Shown: positions 31,373-42,665 of the stretch, piece by piece
How the letters are laid out: the number at the start of each line of letters is the position of its first letter
How positions within the stretch are numbered: the stretch's first letter is position 1
DNA from: Nitrospinaceae bacterium
Lineage (GTDB): Bacteria; Nitrospinota; Nitrospinia; Nitrospinales; Nitrospinaceae
DNA: 64,000 nucleotides
Reading direction: 5' to 3'
Assembly (NCBI GenBank): GCA_965223665.1
Contig: OZ245011.1
Span: 2,112,001-2,176,000, forward strand
Notes under the pieces: model-generated
Seen by the model: only the letters and a program-made list of their open reading frames with translations
What the model was told of the DNA's origin: nothing
Databases searched by the model: none
Program-made: the position numbers and the translations under genes

Positions 31373-32869
31373 TTATTTTTTTTGCGGGACGGCCTGGTAT
31401 TCCAGAATATATTTCTTGGCAGTGCGACGGTCGAGTTGAGTGTGTTTGGCGACTTCTTCATAAGTACCGAAGCGATTGTAGATTAAAGTGCAGTAATATC
31501 CCAAAAGGTCATTCGCACTAATAGACTTGCTTTTTATTTTATCGATGAGTTCCTCTTCCAGGGTTCCCGCGCTTCGGACCCAATCTCCTTGATAAGTTTT
31601 TGTGAGCAAAACACGCCGGACCGCCTGCTCCAGTTCACGAACGTTACCGGGCCAGGGATAGTCAGACGCAATTTCGTTTTGCAGGGTCTGCAAAACCATG
31701 TCTGCTAATGCTTCGTTCTCGTTCCCTGTGATTCGCGTGATCAGTGAAACCACCAACTGATCCAGTTCGTCCGGCAACTCCTGAATCCGCTGCCGAAGCG
31801 TGGGCAGAACGATAACATCCGAGCACAACCTGTAGAAAAAATCATCCCGGAAGTCACCCCTCTTTCTTAAGGTCTCCATGGAATGATGCGTCGCGGCGAT
31901 CACTCTTCCTTTAAAATTTTTCTGAAAGTGACCTCCTACCGGAGAAAATATTCTTTCCTCTAAAACTTTGAGCAGTTTGATTTGAATGGGAATGCTGACA
32001 TCCCCAATCTCATCCAGAAACAAAGAACCCTGCGCACTACAGCGTTCGAACAGTCCGGTATAATCCGCCACCGCACCGGTAAAGGCTCCTTTACAATGAC
32101 CGAACAGTTCCGATTCAATCAAGGTTTCCGGAAATTGCGACAGGTTGATGGCCATAAAAGTATCATTAAAGTTATGAGTAAAAACTCCTTTTTTCGGATC
32201 GTACGGAATGTAAGCGGAACGGCCAATGGCAGAGGCGGCGGCCCCTTTCCCTGTTCCGGTTTCCCCTAACAGCATGGTTGAAAAGTCATCCATTCGATTC
32301 CACAGATGGTTTTCATAAATGCGCACGTCATGGGTGAATACATTATTCCATAAAGACCATCGGAGCTTTTTCATGGAGGGACTGTTTCCCGTCAGCGTCC
32401 TAGAAATAAAATGAAATGCCCGGCGAAATTGGTAGAAAATGCCGATGTATCGAATCGCCGTCTCCTCCTCAAAGCCCCGCTCTATTAATTCCCGCAGCAT
32501 GGATTTGGCAAACCGGGTATATTGCCGGAAAGTGGAAGGATTGGATACGGACTGAATCAGCTTTTCAATGTCCGGTACGTACCGCCTATAAATATGGAAC
32601 AGAAACGCATACTCCAACAGTTGGCGGTCTTCTTCGGAATAACTTGCCAGAACCACCTTCCCCTGTTTTTCCAAACGCGTTAACCGGTCATTCAAAGGTT
32701 CAAAAAACGCCTCCATGAAATGCATGGGTTGTCGTTTTTTGGGAGGCTTCTCGTTAAAAAAATTATTCTTCAGAACATTCCATTCATCACTGAAGGGATT
32801 GGTGAATATGATTTCCGCCGCAAGGGTAAAGAATTTTTTATCTTCCGCTTTAAGCTGATTTCTTTTCAT
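31373..32869 (-). CDS. Sigma54-dependent transcriptional activator (bEBP)
   Basis: GETGTGK Walker A, ESELFGH.KGAFTGA, LFLDEIG, WPGNVREL. Confidence 0.93.
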   Translation of the reverse strand: MKRNQLKAEDKKFFTLAAEIIFTNPFSDEWNVLKNNFFNEKPPKKRQPMHFMEAFFEPLNDRLTRLEKQGKVVLASYSEEDRQLLEYAFLFHIYRRYVPDIEKLIQSVSNPSTFRQYTRFAKSMLRELIERGFEEETAIRYIGIFYQFRRAFHFISRTLTGNSPSMKKLRWSLWNNVFTHDVRIYENHLWNRMDDFSTMLLGETGTGKGAAASAIGRSAYIPYDPKKGVFTHNFNDTFMAINLSQFPETLIESELFGHCKGAFTGAVADYTGLFERCSAQGSLFLDEIGDVSIPIQIKLLKVLEERIFSPVGGHFQKNFKGRVIAATHHSMETLRKRGDFRDDFFYRLCSDVIVLPTLRQRIQELPDELDQLVVSLITRITGNENEALADMVLQTLQNEIASDYPWPGNVRELEQAVRRVLLTKTYQGDWVRSAGTLEEELIDKIKSKSISANDLLGYYCTLIYNRFGTYEEVAKHTQLDRRTAKKYILEYQAVPQKK

Positions 32870-32910
32870 TATTTCTTCCTATTGAGATCTTTGCGTCAGT
32901 TAGAAAAAAT

Positions 32911-33062
32911 AAAACCCCTGAAGGTGAATCCCCCCAGCCGCGGCCCCCGGCCGCTGGGAAATTAATTTTCTTAAGGTAACTTTTAGTGCTTATGGTCTTT
33001 CAATTTTTGAAAATCTTTATTGCTTCCAATCGCTAGATTGGAAAAGAGGGAGCACATCGGTC
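32911..33062 (+). repeat. REP-like repeat, long form
   Basis: AAAACCCCTGAAGGTGAATC...CCAATCGCTAGATTGGAAAAGAGGGAGCACATCGG. Confidence 0.7.
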
Positions 33063-33246
33063 TCCGTCTTTATCTCTATTGTATTTGGTTAAATAATCTA
33101 ACTTAGGCAAAGATTTCCTTCCTGCACAACACTATACAAATAATGCATATATTATATACAATTTTTGCATATATTGCCATTCAACCTCTTCTGCTCCCAG
33201 TGTGCCAACTCCTTAGTTTTATGGAGCTTTTAAGGTTTACGCGTCT

Positions 33247-33261
33247 TGGCACAGTCTTTGC
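33247..33261 (+). promoter_or_regulatory. Sigma54 -24/-12 promoter
   Basis: TGGCAC-AGTCT-TTGC about 40 nt upstream of the operon, divergent from the bEBP gene. Confidence 0.85.
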
Positions 33262-33302
33262 CTAGTGTTCTATGAGTATCGTTATTATTTTTTTCATGGA
33301 CT

Positions 33303-34271
33303 ATGATGGCAAGGAACTTACATCCCAGTAAACAGGCAACTCCTTACAGTACGCAGAAGTCTGCTTTTGGTTGGGGTTTTTATTTGTTACTGACTTGCCT
33401 GATCTCTACAGCAGTGGGATTGAGTTTATCCGTTTCTGAAAACTTACTGCTCTGGTTTCCGGGGCAATTGATTTTAGCGGTGGCTTTGCTGCAGTGGTTC
33501 ATTCTTTTGCACGAGTCCGGTCATTACACTTTGTTCCCTGAAAAAATCTGGAACCACGTGACCGGTCATCTCGCTTCCCTGTTTTCTGCAATCCCTTTTT
33601 ATTCCTGGAGTCAGGTTCATCATCTTCATCATGTATGGACCGGTTGGCAGGACCTCGATCCCACGACTGAAACGTTGGTTCCAAAAAACCTTTCAGCGTG
33701 GAAGCGAAGTTTCATCAATGTCTGCTGGAAATTTCACATCCCTGTATTCGCAATTATTTATCGATTTCAAAACTTCTGGAATTTGCGTCGCCTTGAAAAA
33801 TTCATGGGTTCTTCCAAACGCTTAAAGAAAATGCGATGGAATTCTTTAGCGCTGCTTTTGATTTACGGATTGCTGGGCTATCAATTGGAGCCGGAAAAAA
33901 TTTTGCAGCTTGTCGGACTGGCCCTGCCGCTCACTTTATTACTGCAGGAAACCATTTTACTCAGTCAGCACACGCACATTCCTATGCAACTGAGCCATGG
34001 AAAAGAGGTCGCACCGTTTTCTCATAGCCAGCAAGTGCAGTTTACTCGATCGCTGTTGTTTCCCAAATGGGTATCCCAATGGATTCTGTTTTCATTTGAT
34101 CAACATGAATTGCATCACAAGTATGTTCACGTTCCGGGCTACCGATTACAACAAGTGGCAGACAGACAGACTCAATCCATGAAATGGTATCCGTGGGTAA
34201 AAGAGGTTCGGAAAATTCCCGGTGAAATTTTCCTTTTTAAAAATCGTCAACAATCACAAATAAACTTATGA
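33303..34271 (+). CDS. Fatty acid desaturase family protein
   Basis: His boxes HESGH, HHLHH, HELHH; TM segments. Confidence 0.9.
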   Translation: MMARNLHPSKQATPYSTQKSAFGWGFYLLLTCLISTAVGLSLSVSENLLLWFPGQLILAVALLQWFILLHESGHYTLFPEKIWNHVTGHLASLFSAIPFYSWSQVHHLHHVWTGWQDLDPTTETLVPKNLSAWKRSFINVCWKFHIPVFAIIYRFQNFWNLRRLEKFMGSSKRLKKMRWNSLALLLIYGLLGYQLEPEKILQLVGLALPLTLLLQETILLSQHTHIPMQLSHGKEVAPFSHSQQVQFTRSLLFPKWVSQWILFSFDQHELHHKYVHVPGYRLQQVADRQTQSMKWYPWVKEVRKIPGEIFLFKNRQQSQINL

Positions 34272-34882
34272 GTTCACTATTTAATTCCAGCACATTAGCA
34301 AATCCCGATCCTAACGTGGTGACACTGTTTCTGCTGATCACGTTCATCGCTTCGGGAGTTTTATATTCTGCATGGATGCTGAGCCCACTTTCCAAACCAT
34401 TTAACACTCCTGTGGATGGAGGAAGAACCTTCCGCGGTAAAAGAATTTTCGGAGACAATAAAACCTATCGCGGTTTTACAGGAATGGCTTTGGCAGTGGG
34501 GTTGATGTTTTTACTTTTCGGTTGGTTTCAAGAAAGAATTCCCGGATTAGCCTCCCTCGGCATGTGGCCTTTAAGTCCATTCGCTTATGCTGCGCTCGGC
34601 ATTTGGGTCGGGCTTGGTTTCATGGCCGGAGAGTTGCCCAACTCCTTCTGCAAACGGCAACTCAACATTCCTCCGGGATATGCCGCCGCATCCCCGGGAT
34701 GGCGCGTTCTCTTCCTCTTTACAGATCGTGTGGATTCCATCCTGGGAATGATGGTGGCATTAAGCATGATGGTTCCGGTTCCCGTGCAAACCTGGTGGAC
34801 CGTTCTTATTGTAGGACCGGCAATTCACCTGGGTTTCAGTGCGCTGCTGTTTCTCTTAAAAGTCAAAAGGCGGTTCGCATGA
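34268..34882 (+). CDS. CDP-archaeol synthase-like (CarS/DUF46) cytidylyltransferase
   Basis: PVDGG....GKRIFGDNKTYRG, GELPNSFxKRQL, DRVDS. Confidence 0.8.
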   Translation: MSSLFNSSTLANPDPNVVTLFLLITFIASGVLYSAWMLSPLSKPFNTPVDGGRTFRGKRIFGDNKTYRGFTGMALAVGLMFLLFGWFQERIPGLASLGMWPLSPFAYAALGIWVGLGFMAGELPNSFCKRQLNIPPGYAAASPGWRVLFLFTDRVDSILGMMVALSMMVPVPVQTWWTVLIVGPAIHLGFSALLFLLKVKRRFA

Positions 34883-37595
34883 ATTTAGCAATTTTTAAAT
34901 CTCCGACTATAGACAAAGCGCTTTCATCTTTCATTGATTTGTCACAAGCGGATCAATTGAAAAATGCAGGAGGAAAAGCTGAAGGATTGTATCAAGCCAT
35001 GCAACTGGGTCTCACTGTACCCAAAGGGTTTGTTATTCCCAACGAAGTGTTTCTGGATTTTTTAGAAACTCACCGATTGAACGACTTTATTCAGAATACG
35101 CTGAAACATTTGGATTGGCAGAATCTTCAGGAAGTCAAACAGGCCAGCGAAAGAATACGGAATCACATTCTGCAAACTGGATTGGATGCCGAACTTGAAG
35201 CACAGTTGAATCACTGGCAGGAAACCCGTTTACCTCAGTTTCCTCTGGTAGTGCGCAGTTCTGCAGTTGGTGAAGATTCCGGGCAAAACTCGTTCGCCGG
35301 TCAACTCGATTCTTTTTTAAATATTCACTGTCAAACGGATCTGCATCAGGGATTGCTCAAATGCTGGGCGTCTTACTGGTCGGAGCGGGCTTTGTTGTAT
35401 CAACATCATAAGCAAGTCTCGTTAAAGGGAATGGCCGTAGTGGTTCAGGAACAGGTCGACTCTCAAATTTCAGGTGTTCTTTTCACTAAAGATCCGGAGC
35501 AAGCGGAAGCACATGATGCGCCCATGCGACTGGAGTACTGCTTCGGGTTAGCAGATCAATTGGTTTCCGGAGATATTCATCCGGGACATATCTCGATTGC
35601 TTCTTCGAAACCGAAGTGGGAAGAACTGGAATCACCGGAGCAGAGTCAAGAGAACGGCAATTCCCAAAAACTATCTGCAAAAACTATTCTGAAGTTACGC
35701 CAGATTGGAAAAACACTGGAGCAGGAAAAACAATGCCCGCAGGACATCGAGTGGACTCTTGGTAAGGATGGGCAAATTTATGTCCTGCAGTCGCGGCCGA
35801 TAACGCACTTCCCCGGTCAAACCAAAACTGCTGAGCAAGTTCATTGGTCGAATGCCAATATTAACGAAAACTTTCCGGAGCCGGTCACTCCCTTTGTGTA
35901 CTCGTTTGTCACGGAAGGATACTACCACTACTTTAAAAATTTAGCGCTGTGCCTGGGAGTGACTCCGCAAAAAGTAGAAGCCATGGAGTTTCCCTTGCAG
36001 AACTTAATCGGAGCGCATGGCGGCCGGTTGTATTACAACCTGACTCATATTCATCAGGTTTTAAAGCTGGCTCCTTTTGGAAACAGAATGGTGGAAGCGT
36101 TTGACCAGTTTGTGGGAGCCGAGTCTCTGAATAAAAATAAAACTTCGCAATCTATCTTATCCAGTTTCAAGAAAAGAACGGCCGATTACCTGGAAGTGGT
36201 TCGCATTGTTTCTAAAGTCATTCGACAATACGCATTCATTTCCCGCCGTGTGAATACTTTTGAAACCAGAGTGGATGTTTTTTCCAGCAACACCACTCCG
36301 GAATCTTTAAAAGAAAAAACACTTGATCAGTTGAAGGATGACTTAGCGGCGTTTCTAAATATCCGCTTCCATGAATGGAAAAACGCTTCTCTGGCCGATA
36401 CGGCGGCGATGGTCTGTTACTGGACCTTGCAGAAAATTCTTTCAAAAGAATTTCCAGGAGATCATCAGGCGAGTCTTCACAATTCGCTGCTAAAAGGTCT
36501 TCCCGATTTGGTCAGCAATCAACCGATCATTGAATTATGGAAACTATCAAAAGTGATCACTGACGATTCCAGGCTTTTAAATTTATTTCAGAAAAAAAAC
36601 TCAGAGGATCTGCTGATAGCAATCGAAACTGATCCGGAGCTTTCTAACTTCAAATACCGGTTTCACAAGTTTCTCAATGATTGGGATTTCGTAAATCCGG
36701 TGAACTGATGCTCACCATCCCCAGCTTTCAGGAACAACCGATAGAGGTTATCGACCTGTTGAAAGTTTATCTCGATGTAAAAGGAGACTCTCCCCTGGAA
36801 AAGCTGCATCAACTGGAAAAAGATCGCATTCAAAAAACTGAAGAAGTGTTAGCCGCGATCGCCGGGAAAAAAGGTTTGGGAAAGGTTTTTGGAAAATTGA
36901 AAGCACGAGCGGTTCGGTTGTTAGTGAAAGCCACTCATGGATCGATTGCCTTTCGGGAACGGGTTCGATTAAAACAAGCGCTGCTATATAACCGACTTCG
37001 CGGTGTTCTCCTCGCCATGGGTCAACAACTGGTTGCTGAAGGCTGCTTCAAACATCAAACGGATATTTTTTTCCTGACTTACAGAGAGATCCTAGACTTT
37101 ATTTCAGGAAAAACTTTTTTACCGAACGGGATTCAATCACTGGTCGACCTGAGAAAAAAAGACCACGCAACGCAATCGCAATTCAATCCGCCAGACGATT
37201 TTACACTTCCCCGCGGTCACTATTATTCCAACAATTCTATTTGCGAACAACCCTGCGACTCGACCCATTCACAGAATTCTTTAAAAGGTACCGGTGCTTG
37301 CGGTGGAACCATTATTTCCAGGGCCACCCTTCTCGACAACTCCGGACAGGCGCATCTTATTTCTTCCGGAGACATTTTAGTCACTCAACAAACGGATCCG
37401 GGTTGGGGACCTATTTTTTATTTGATTAAAGGTTTGGTGATTCAACGAGGCGGGATGCTTTCTCACGGCGCTATTTTGGCGAGAGAATTTGGCATTCCCA
37501 CGGTGGTAGGCATTCAGGATGCCATGCAGCGCATTCCAAACCATTGCCAACTTTCAGTAGATGGAGATCAGGGCATTGTTAAGATCATCGATTGA
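34879..37595 (+). pseudogene. PEP synthase/rifampicin-phosphotransferase-like protein, frameshifted near 36690
   Basis: GGKA, VP.GF, VVRSSAVGED..SFAGQ, QDIEW, LQSRPIT in frame 1; TDPGW..GGMLSHGAILAREFGIP in frame 2; join at TGGGATTTCGT. Confidence 0.8.
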
Positions 37596-38403
37596 AACCT
37601 TGCATCAGTACAGGAAAGAACGCCTGTCCCTTCTGCCTTGGGGGTGGGTGGTGTCATTCCTCGCCATGGCGGGCATTGGAATTCATCATCCCCCTCAAGC
37701 TCCTCAATTTTTACTTCAGGTGTTCACACTCATCGGTCTCATTTTTCAATTCCGATTGTGGGATGATTTGAGCGACTTGAGTCCGGACCGCCTGAACCAT
37801 CCTTACCGCGTCTTATGCCAGTCCTCTACACTCACTCCTTTTTATTTTGCGTGGGCCGTTTTGTTTGCCGCCAATTTAACGGCCATCGGGATTCTAACAA
37901 ACAGTCTCATTAACCTGTCTCTGTTTCTATTACTGAATATTTTCTTTTATGGATGGTATAGGATTCGCGGCCATTTTAATTTTTCTCCCTTGGTCCGCTC
38001 GCAAATCATTCTGCTGAAATACCCGGTATTTTTATTATTGATCACACCCCTTGCTTCGACCGCCTGGAGCCCCTCATTTATTCTATCGAGCCTGCTGGTT
38101 TTGATTTGCTTTTCTGTTTTTGAAATTCTGCACGACCCCAAGTTAACAGCGCAAAAAAACGCCGGAAACTTTTTGATAAGTGATTTGAGTTTATTTTGTT
38201 CGGTTCTTTTTTTTATGGGATTCCATTTCTTCAACGAAACCCCACTGGTGAGTTGGTCGATATGGAGTCTTGCAATTATCAGCGGTCTATTGTTTATCAA
38301 TCACGGCATTCGAAAATGGGATCAACCGTTAACCCTGGGATACGGAGTTTTTGTATTCGGTTTTTTAACTTTGTGTGCCTGTTATATAGGAAATTTATCA
38401 TGA
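37561..38403 (+). CDS. UbiA-like prenyltransferase superfamily membrane protein
   Basis: RLWDDLSDLSPDRLNHPYRVL Asp-rich motif; many TM helices. Confidence 0.7.
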   Translation: MEIRALLRSSIETLHQYRKERLSLLPWGWVVSFLAMAGIGIHHPPQAPQFLLQVFTLIGLIFQFRLWDDLSDLSPDRLNHPYRVLCQSSTLTPFYFAWAVLFAANLTAIGILTNSLINLSLFLLLNIFFYGWYRIRGHFNFSPLVRSQIILLKYPVFLLLITPLASTAWSPSFILSSLLVLICFSVFEILHDPKLTAQKNAGNFLISDLSLFCSVLFFMGFHFFNETPLVSWSIWSLAIISGLLFINHGIRKWDQPLTLGYGVFVFGFLTLCACYIGNLS

Positions 38404-39359
38404 GCCAATATGAAGCCTTACTGCCTTCCACTCAATTTGAAAATATAAATTGTTACCTTTGCGGGGAAGCCGCCTGCCGACACCTCACTTATGCAGAAGA
38501 CGATTTAACCGGAAAGGAAGGTCGCTTCCAGTTTGTGGTTTGTGATGGCTGCGGGCTGGCTTACCAAAAACCCCGCGTGAAGTTGGAACACATTGGAGAA
38601 TTTTATGATGACGAGTACATTGCGCATCAGAAACAAACAGACTGGGGAGTTTTAACACCCCTGTACAACTACGCGATGGGAAAACTTGACCGCGACAAAT
38701 TTAAAATTGTCGAATCCTATGTTTCCCTCAATCCATCGAGCGAGGTATTGGATGTCGGCTGCGGGGCAGCAACTTTTTTACAAAAACTAAAATCGCAGAC
38801 CGGCAGTTCCGTCACTGGGGTCGACTTCAAGGATCTGTCGCATCTGCCGGGAATGAAGGGGGTCGACTTTCGAAAGGGACTTTTCTATGAGCAGGAGTTT
38901 GCCGAGAACCAATTCGATCTCATTACCCTTTGGCATTTTTTAGAACACGATTATGATCCCCTTCGTTCCCTCCAGTTTGCCCGCAACATTTTAAAACCGT
39001 CCGGCAGCCTGGTCATTGAAGTTCCGCGGCTGGACAGCCTGTCTTTCCATTTGTTCAAAGAGCGTTGGCCGGGGTTGCAGGCGCCACAGCATACCGTGTT
39101 GTTTGACCGGGCGACTTTTATACAAACTGTGAAACAGGCGGGATGGGAGGTTCTGGACTATCTACCCTACGGCGCGTTTCCCGCCTATTTCTATTTGTTT
39201 TCCGGGTTGGCATTTAAATTTTTGAAAGGCAAAGGACTCAATCTTTCCAAAGCGATGTTGCCCTACTTTCTGGGACAGGTACTCCTCAGCCCCATTATGT
39301 TGTTTGAAAAACATTTAAACCTGTCTATGCAAACCCTGATCTGCAGGAAACCATCATGA
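38400..39359 (+). CDS. Class I SAM-dependent methyltransferase with N-terminal CxxC pairs
   Basis: CYLC, CDGC, VLDVGCG, FDLITLWHFLEH; ATGA coupling. Confidence 0.9.
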   Translation: MSQYEALLPSTQFENINCYLCGEAACRHLTYAEDDLTGKEGRFQFVVCDGCGLAYQKPRVKLEHIGEFYDDEYIAHQKQTDWGVLTPLYNYAMGKLDRDKFKIVESYVSLNPSSEVLDVGCGAATFLQKLKSQTGSSVTGVDFKDLSHLPGMKGVDFRKGLFYEQEFAENQFDLITLWHFLEHDYDPLRSLQFARNILKPSGSLVIEVPRLDSLSFHLFKERWPGLQAPQHTVLFDRATFIQTVKQAGWEVLDYLPYGAFPAYFYLFSGLAFKFLKGKGLNLSKAMLPYFLGQVLLSPIMLFEKHLNLSMQTLICRKPS

Positions 39360-40135
39360 CCGCAAAACAAACGACACTACAGAATTCCATATCAGCACCA
39401 AGCTTTGGGTACCAGTTGTACAACTGGTTCCGTATCGCTATAACATTTTTAATCATGACCATCGGGTGTCTGGCCATGCTGTTGGTGGCACTGGTCACAG
39501 GCTTTCAGGCAAGAAGATTTTATTCGGAGAAAATGGCTCGCCACCTGGGCCTGATGGTTCTATGGGTTTGGGGAGTTCGACTCCGTATTCACAAACCTTA
39601 TGAAGGTCCCGCGGGACAGGTCGTTTATATTTCAAATCATACCTCCTCACTTGATGTATTTGCCTTGATCTCGCTGGGGCTGCCCAATAGCCGATTTTTT
39701 CTCAGCGGCTTTCTTAGAAGATACATTCCCATGGGAATCATGGGCTATTTGATAGGCATCTTTTATACCTGCCCGCAATCCCAACCTGAGAAAAGAAAAA
39801 AAATTTTTCAGCGCGCGCATCGCATTTTAAAGAAAACGAAAGAGTCGGTTTATCTGAGTCCGGAAGGCCGAGTGGTGACCAATGGAGAAATCGGCCACTT
39901 TAATAAAGGCAGTTTCCACCTGGCCACCAGTCTGCAAGCGCCTCTGGTTCCTTTTTTTATAAAGATACCTGAAGAAATGAATTTTGGAAGGGAATGGCGG
40001 ATTGGTTCGGGAACGGCGGACATATATTTTGAACCGCCTATTCCCACCCGCGATTGGAAACTGGAAGACCTGGAACAAAACCGAGACACGGTAAGAAATT
40101 TATTTATTGAATTGAACCAGAAATATAGAGGGTGA
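39356..40135 (+). CDS. Lysophospholipid acyltransferase (PlsC family)
   Basis: NHTSSLD and SPEG motifs. Confidence 0.88.
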   Translation: MTAKQTTLQNSISAPSFGYQLYNWFRIAITFLIMTIGCLAMLLVALVTGFQARRFYSEKMARHLGLMVLWVWGVRLRIHKPYEGPAGQVVYISNHTSSLDVFALISLGLPNSRFFLSGFLRRYIPMGIMGYLIGIFYTCPQSQPEKRKKIFQRAHRILKKTKESVYLSPEGRVVTNGEIGHFNKGSFHLATSLQAPLVPFFIKIPEEMNFGREWRIGSGTADIYFEPPIPTRDWKLEDLEQNRDTVRNLFIELNQKYRG

Positions 40136-42615
40136 ACATCATGCAGCAAAATACTTTACGGAAGGAAAACCCAGTTTTGCAAACACCGGTAACCGTGGAA
40201 AATTCTCTCACCATAGGGAACGCACTCATGTGGAAAGATTTAATGTTACCCGATGATATCCAACCGCATCCCGGAAAACCACACGCCACCATAAAATCAA
40301 TTCTTCTGACCGGTGCTACAGGTTTTTTGGGTTCGCATTTGCTGCATACGTTAGCAAAGGCCACCACCGCCAAAATCTATTGCCTGGTGCGTCCGCGAAA
40401 AAATCAATCTCCTTTAGAGCGCATCGAAGCTTCCTTAAAAGATTATGGGCTATACGTTGAACAACTTATGAAGCGGGTGATTCCCGTCGCAGGGGATATA
40501 CGCCGTGAAAACCTGGGGCTTTCTCCGTTTTTATATGAAAGATTGTCTACAGAAGTGGATCGAATTTACCATACTGCCGCCACGGTGAACTGGGTGTTTC
40601 CTTACCGCGGTTTAAGGGAGAGCAATGTGCAGGCAACGAAGCGGCTTCTTCATCTGGCGTGCAGAAACAAAACCAAGAATTTTTATTTCATTTCCTCCAT
40701 CGGCGTTTGTTATACGGCGAGCGGCCCAAACCATATAACGGAAAATGAAAATATGATTCCGTACTTGAATGAAATTCCTTTGGCCTATGCACAAACCAAA
40801 TGTGTCTCGGAAGCTTTAGTTCGTCAGGCCGGCGAACGCGGACTGCCTGTTTCCATTTTTCGTCCGGGGCTCATTTCCGGAAACACTCAATCCGGGAAGT
40901 CCAACACCGATGATATTTTTTCCAGAATATTAAAAGCCTGCATCGAAATGGGGTCCGCTCCGGATTTGGACTGGACGCTGGATTATTGTCCGGTGGATTT
41001 TGTTGCGGATACCGTAGTGCAATGCTCTTTAGATAAAAACTCCCAAAACAAAACGTTTCACTTAATCAACCGAGAGTGCAGCCATTGGGGGGAACTCATC
41101 CTCTGGTTGAATTGTAATGGCTACCCGGTGCGGCTGGTTTCTTATTCAGAGTGGGAAGCGCAATTAAAGAAAAGCATGAAATCCTCAGAACATATTTTGT
41201 ATCCGCTGCGGAGCTTTTTCTTCGAAAAACCGGAGCTGCTTAAGGGGATGACTCTGCCTGAGTTTTATCAGAAAAAAAATTTGGAGAAAGTGAGTAGTAA
41301 CAACACCGAGCAAACCTTGAATACTCTGGGTCTCACCTGCCCTCCCCTGAATACAGTTTTAATGAATTCTTACCTGGCAACCTTTGTCGAAAACGACTTC
41401 ATACAAAAACAAGGACAACATGAAATGGAATCACAAATAAATATTTCAGAAACTTCCAATAACGAAATTTTTCAAAAGTACCTGAGGCATCATTTTCGAG
41501 ACGGCTCTTTAAGAATTCAAAGCATCGATTCCCCCAAGGAGGAACCCAGGTACAGCATCCTCTCCGAGTTGGTTTCAATGAAAACGGGGAAGTCGGTGGG
41601 ATTGCAAAAATACCATTTAAAATTGAAAAGTATTTTCAAGCAAACTCCAGGCCAACTGAATCTCTTCGTTAAGAGTAAGGCAGAAGATAAAGTCGTGCTT
41701 GCCACCGCTCAGAAAATTGCTTCGGTCTGCGGCGAACCCATGGGCGATCTATTCGCAAAATATCATGACCGGCTGGGGTTCACGCAAACGCATCAACGGG
41801 AGTTACACATTTACCAGCAGGACGATCCGAGATTCCGCAAACACACTCCCACCATTTACGGAATTTTGAACGATGACAAAACGAAAAGTTGGAAACTGCT
41901 CATGGAAGACCTGCAGGGTCTTGCCATGATGAATTCCGTAGAGAACAATACCGTCTGGCTGCCCCTCCATTTACAAGCCGTGGTTCAAGGGTTAGCGCAA
42001 CTGCATTCTATTTGGTGGAGACGAGAAGAGGAACTGAAGCGGCAACCCTGGCTGGAAGCTCCTCTCACCTCCATGGAAAGAATTCAAATGAATGACCTTT
42101 GGAAAGGTTTAGCGCATCACGCCCATCCGTTTTTTAAAACGTGGGGTGGAGAAAGTTTAACCGCCACCCACAAACATTTAATCAAAACCTTACCTCAGTG
42201 GTCCGGATTTCTGAACCAGTCGCCACAAACTTTAATTCATAACGATTTTAATCCGCGCAATCTGGCACTTCGCATCACACCGGAAGGATTTAAATTATGT
42301 GCGTACGATTGGGAACTGGCTGGATTGGGAATTCCACAACATGATCTTGCCGAATTTCTGTGTTATGTGTTGCCACCGGATTGTCAAAAGAAGGAAGTTC
42401 TAAAATGGATCCACCTGCATCAGGAATGTTTAGAGACCCTCACCGGTGAGTCTATCAATTTTTCCACGTGGCTCAAGGGATTTCAGGTTTCTTTATTCGA
42501 TTTATTAATTCATCGCTTCTCGGTTTACACCCTGGTGCACCGGTTCCATCCCCAACCCTACTTACCTCGAATCTTAAATACCTGGCAAAGGCTCCATGAT
42601 TTATTACTTAATTAA
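40132..42615 (+). CDS. Thioester/fatty-acyl reductase (extended SDR) fused to an APH/choline-kinase-like phosphotransferase
   Basis: LLTGATGFLG, YAQTK, FRPG; C-terminal LIHNDFNPRN, YDWELA. Confidence 0.85.
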   Translation: MNIMQQNTLRKENPVLQTPVTVENSLTIGNALMWKDLMLPDDIQPHPGKPHATIKSILLTGATGFLGSHLLHTLAKATTAKIYCLVRPRKNQSPLERIEASLKDYGLYVEQLMKRVIPVAGDIRRENLGLSPFLYERLSTEVDRIYHTAATVNWVFPYRGLRESNVQATKRLLHLACRNKTKNFYFISSIGVCYTASGPNHITENENMIPYLNEIPLAYAQTKCVSEALVRQAGERGLPVSIFRPGLISGNTQSGKSNTDDIFSRILKACIEMGSAPDLDWTLDYCPVDFVADTVVQCSLDKNSQNKTFHLINRECSHWGELILWLNCNGYPVRLVSYSEWEAQLKKSMKSSEHILYPLRSFFFEKPELLKGMTLPEFYQKKNLEKVSSNNTEQTLNTLGLTCPPLNTVLMNSYLATFVENDFIQKQGQHEMESQINISETSNNEIFQKYLRHHFRDGSLRIQSIDSPKEEPRYSILSELVSMKTGKSVGLQKYHLKLKSIFKQTPGQLNLFVKSKAEDKVVLATAQKIASVCGEPMGDLFAKYHDRLGFTQTHQRELHIYQQDDPRFRKHTPTIYGILNDDKTKSWKLLMEDLQGLAMMNSVENNTVWLPLHLQAVVQGLAQLHSIWWRREEELKRQPWLEAPLTSMERIQMNDLWKGLAHHAHPFFKTWGGESLTATHKHLIKTLPQWSGFLNQSPQTLIHNDFNPRNLALRITPEGFKLCAYDWELAGLGIPQHDLAEFLCYVLPPDCQKKEVLKWIHLHQECLETLTGESINFSTWLKGFQVSLFDLLIHRFSVYTLVHRFHPQPYLPRILNTWQRLHDLLLN

Positions 42616-42665
42616 GAAGCACAATTAATTTCAAATCTGATTTATTTTTGATAGAATGACTGGTT

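Noticed and set aside
34522-34878. Long upstream extensions of the PEP-enzyme ORF (and of the methyltransferase from 38196)
   Set aside because: They overlap real upstream genes; coupled ATG starts exist at 34879 and 38400
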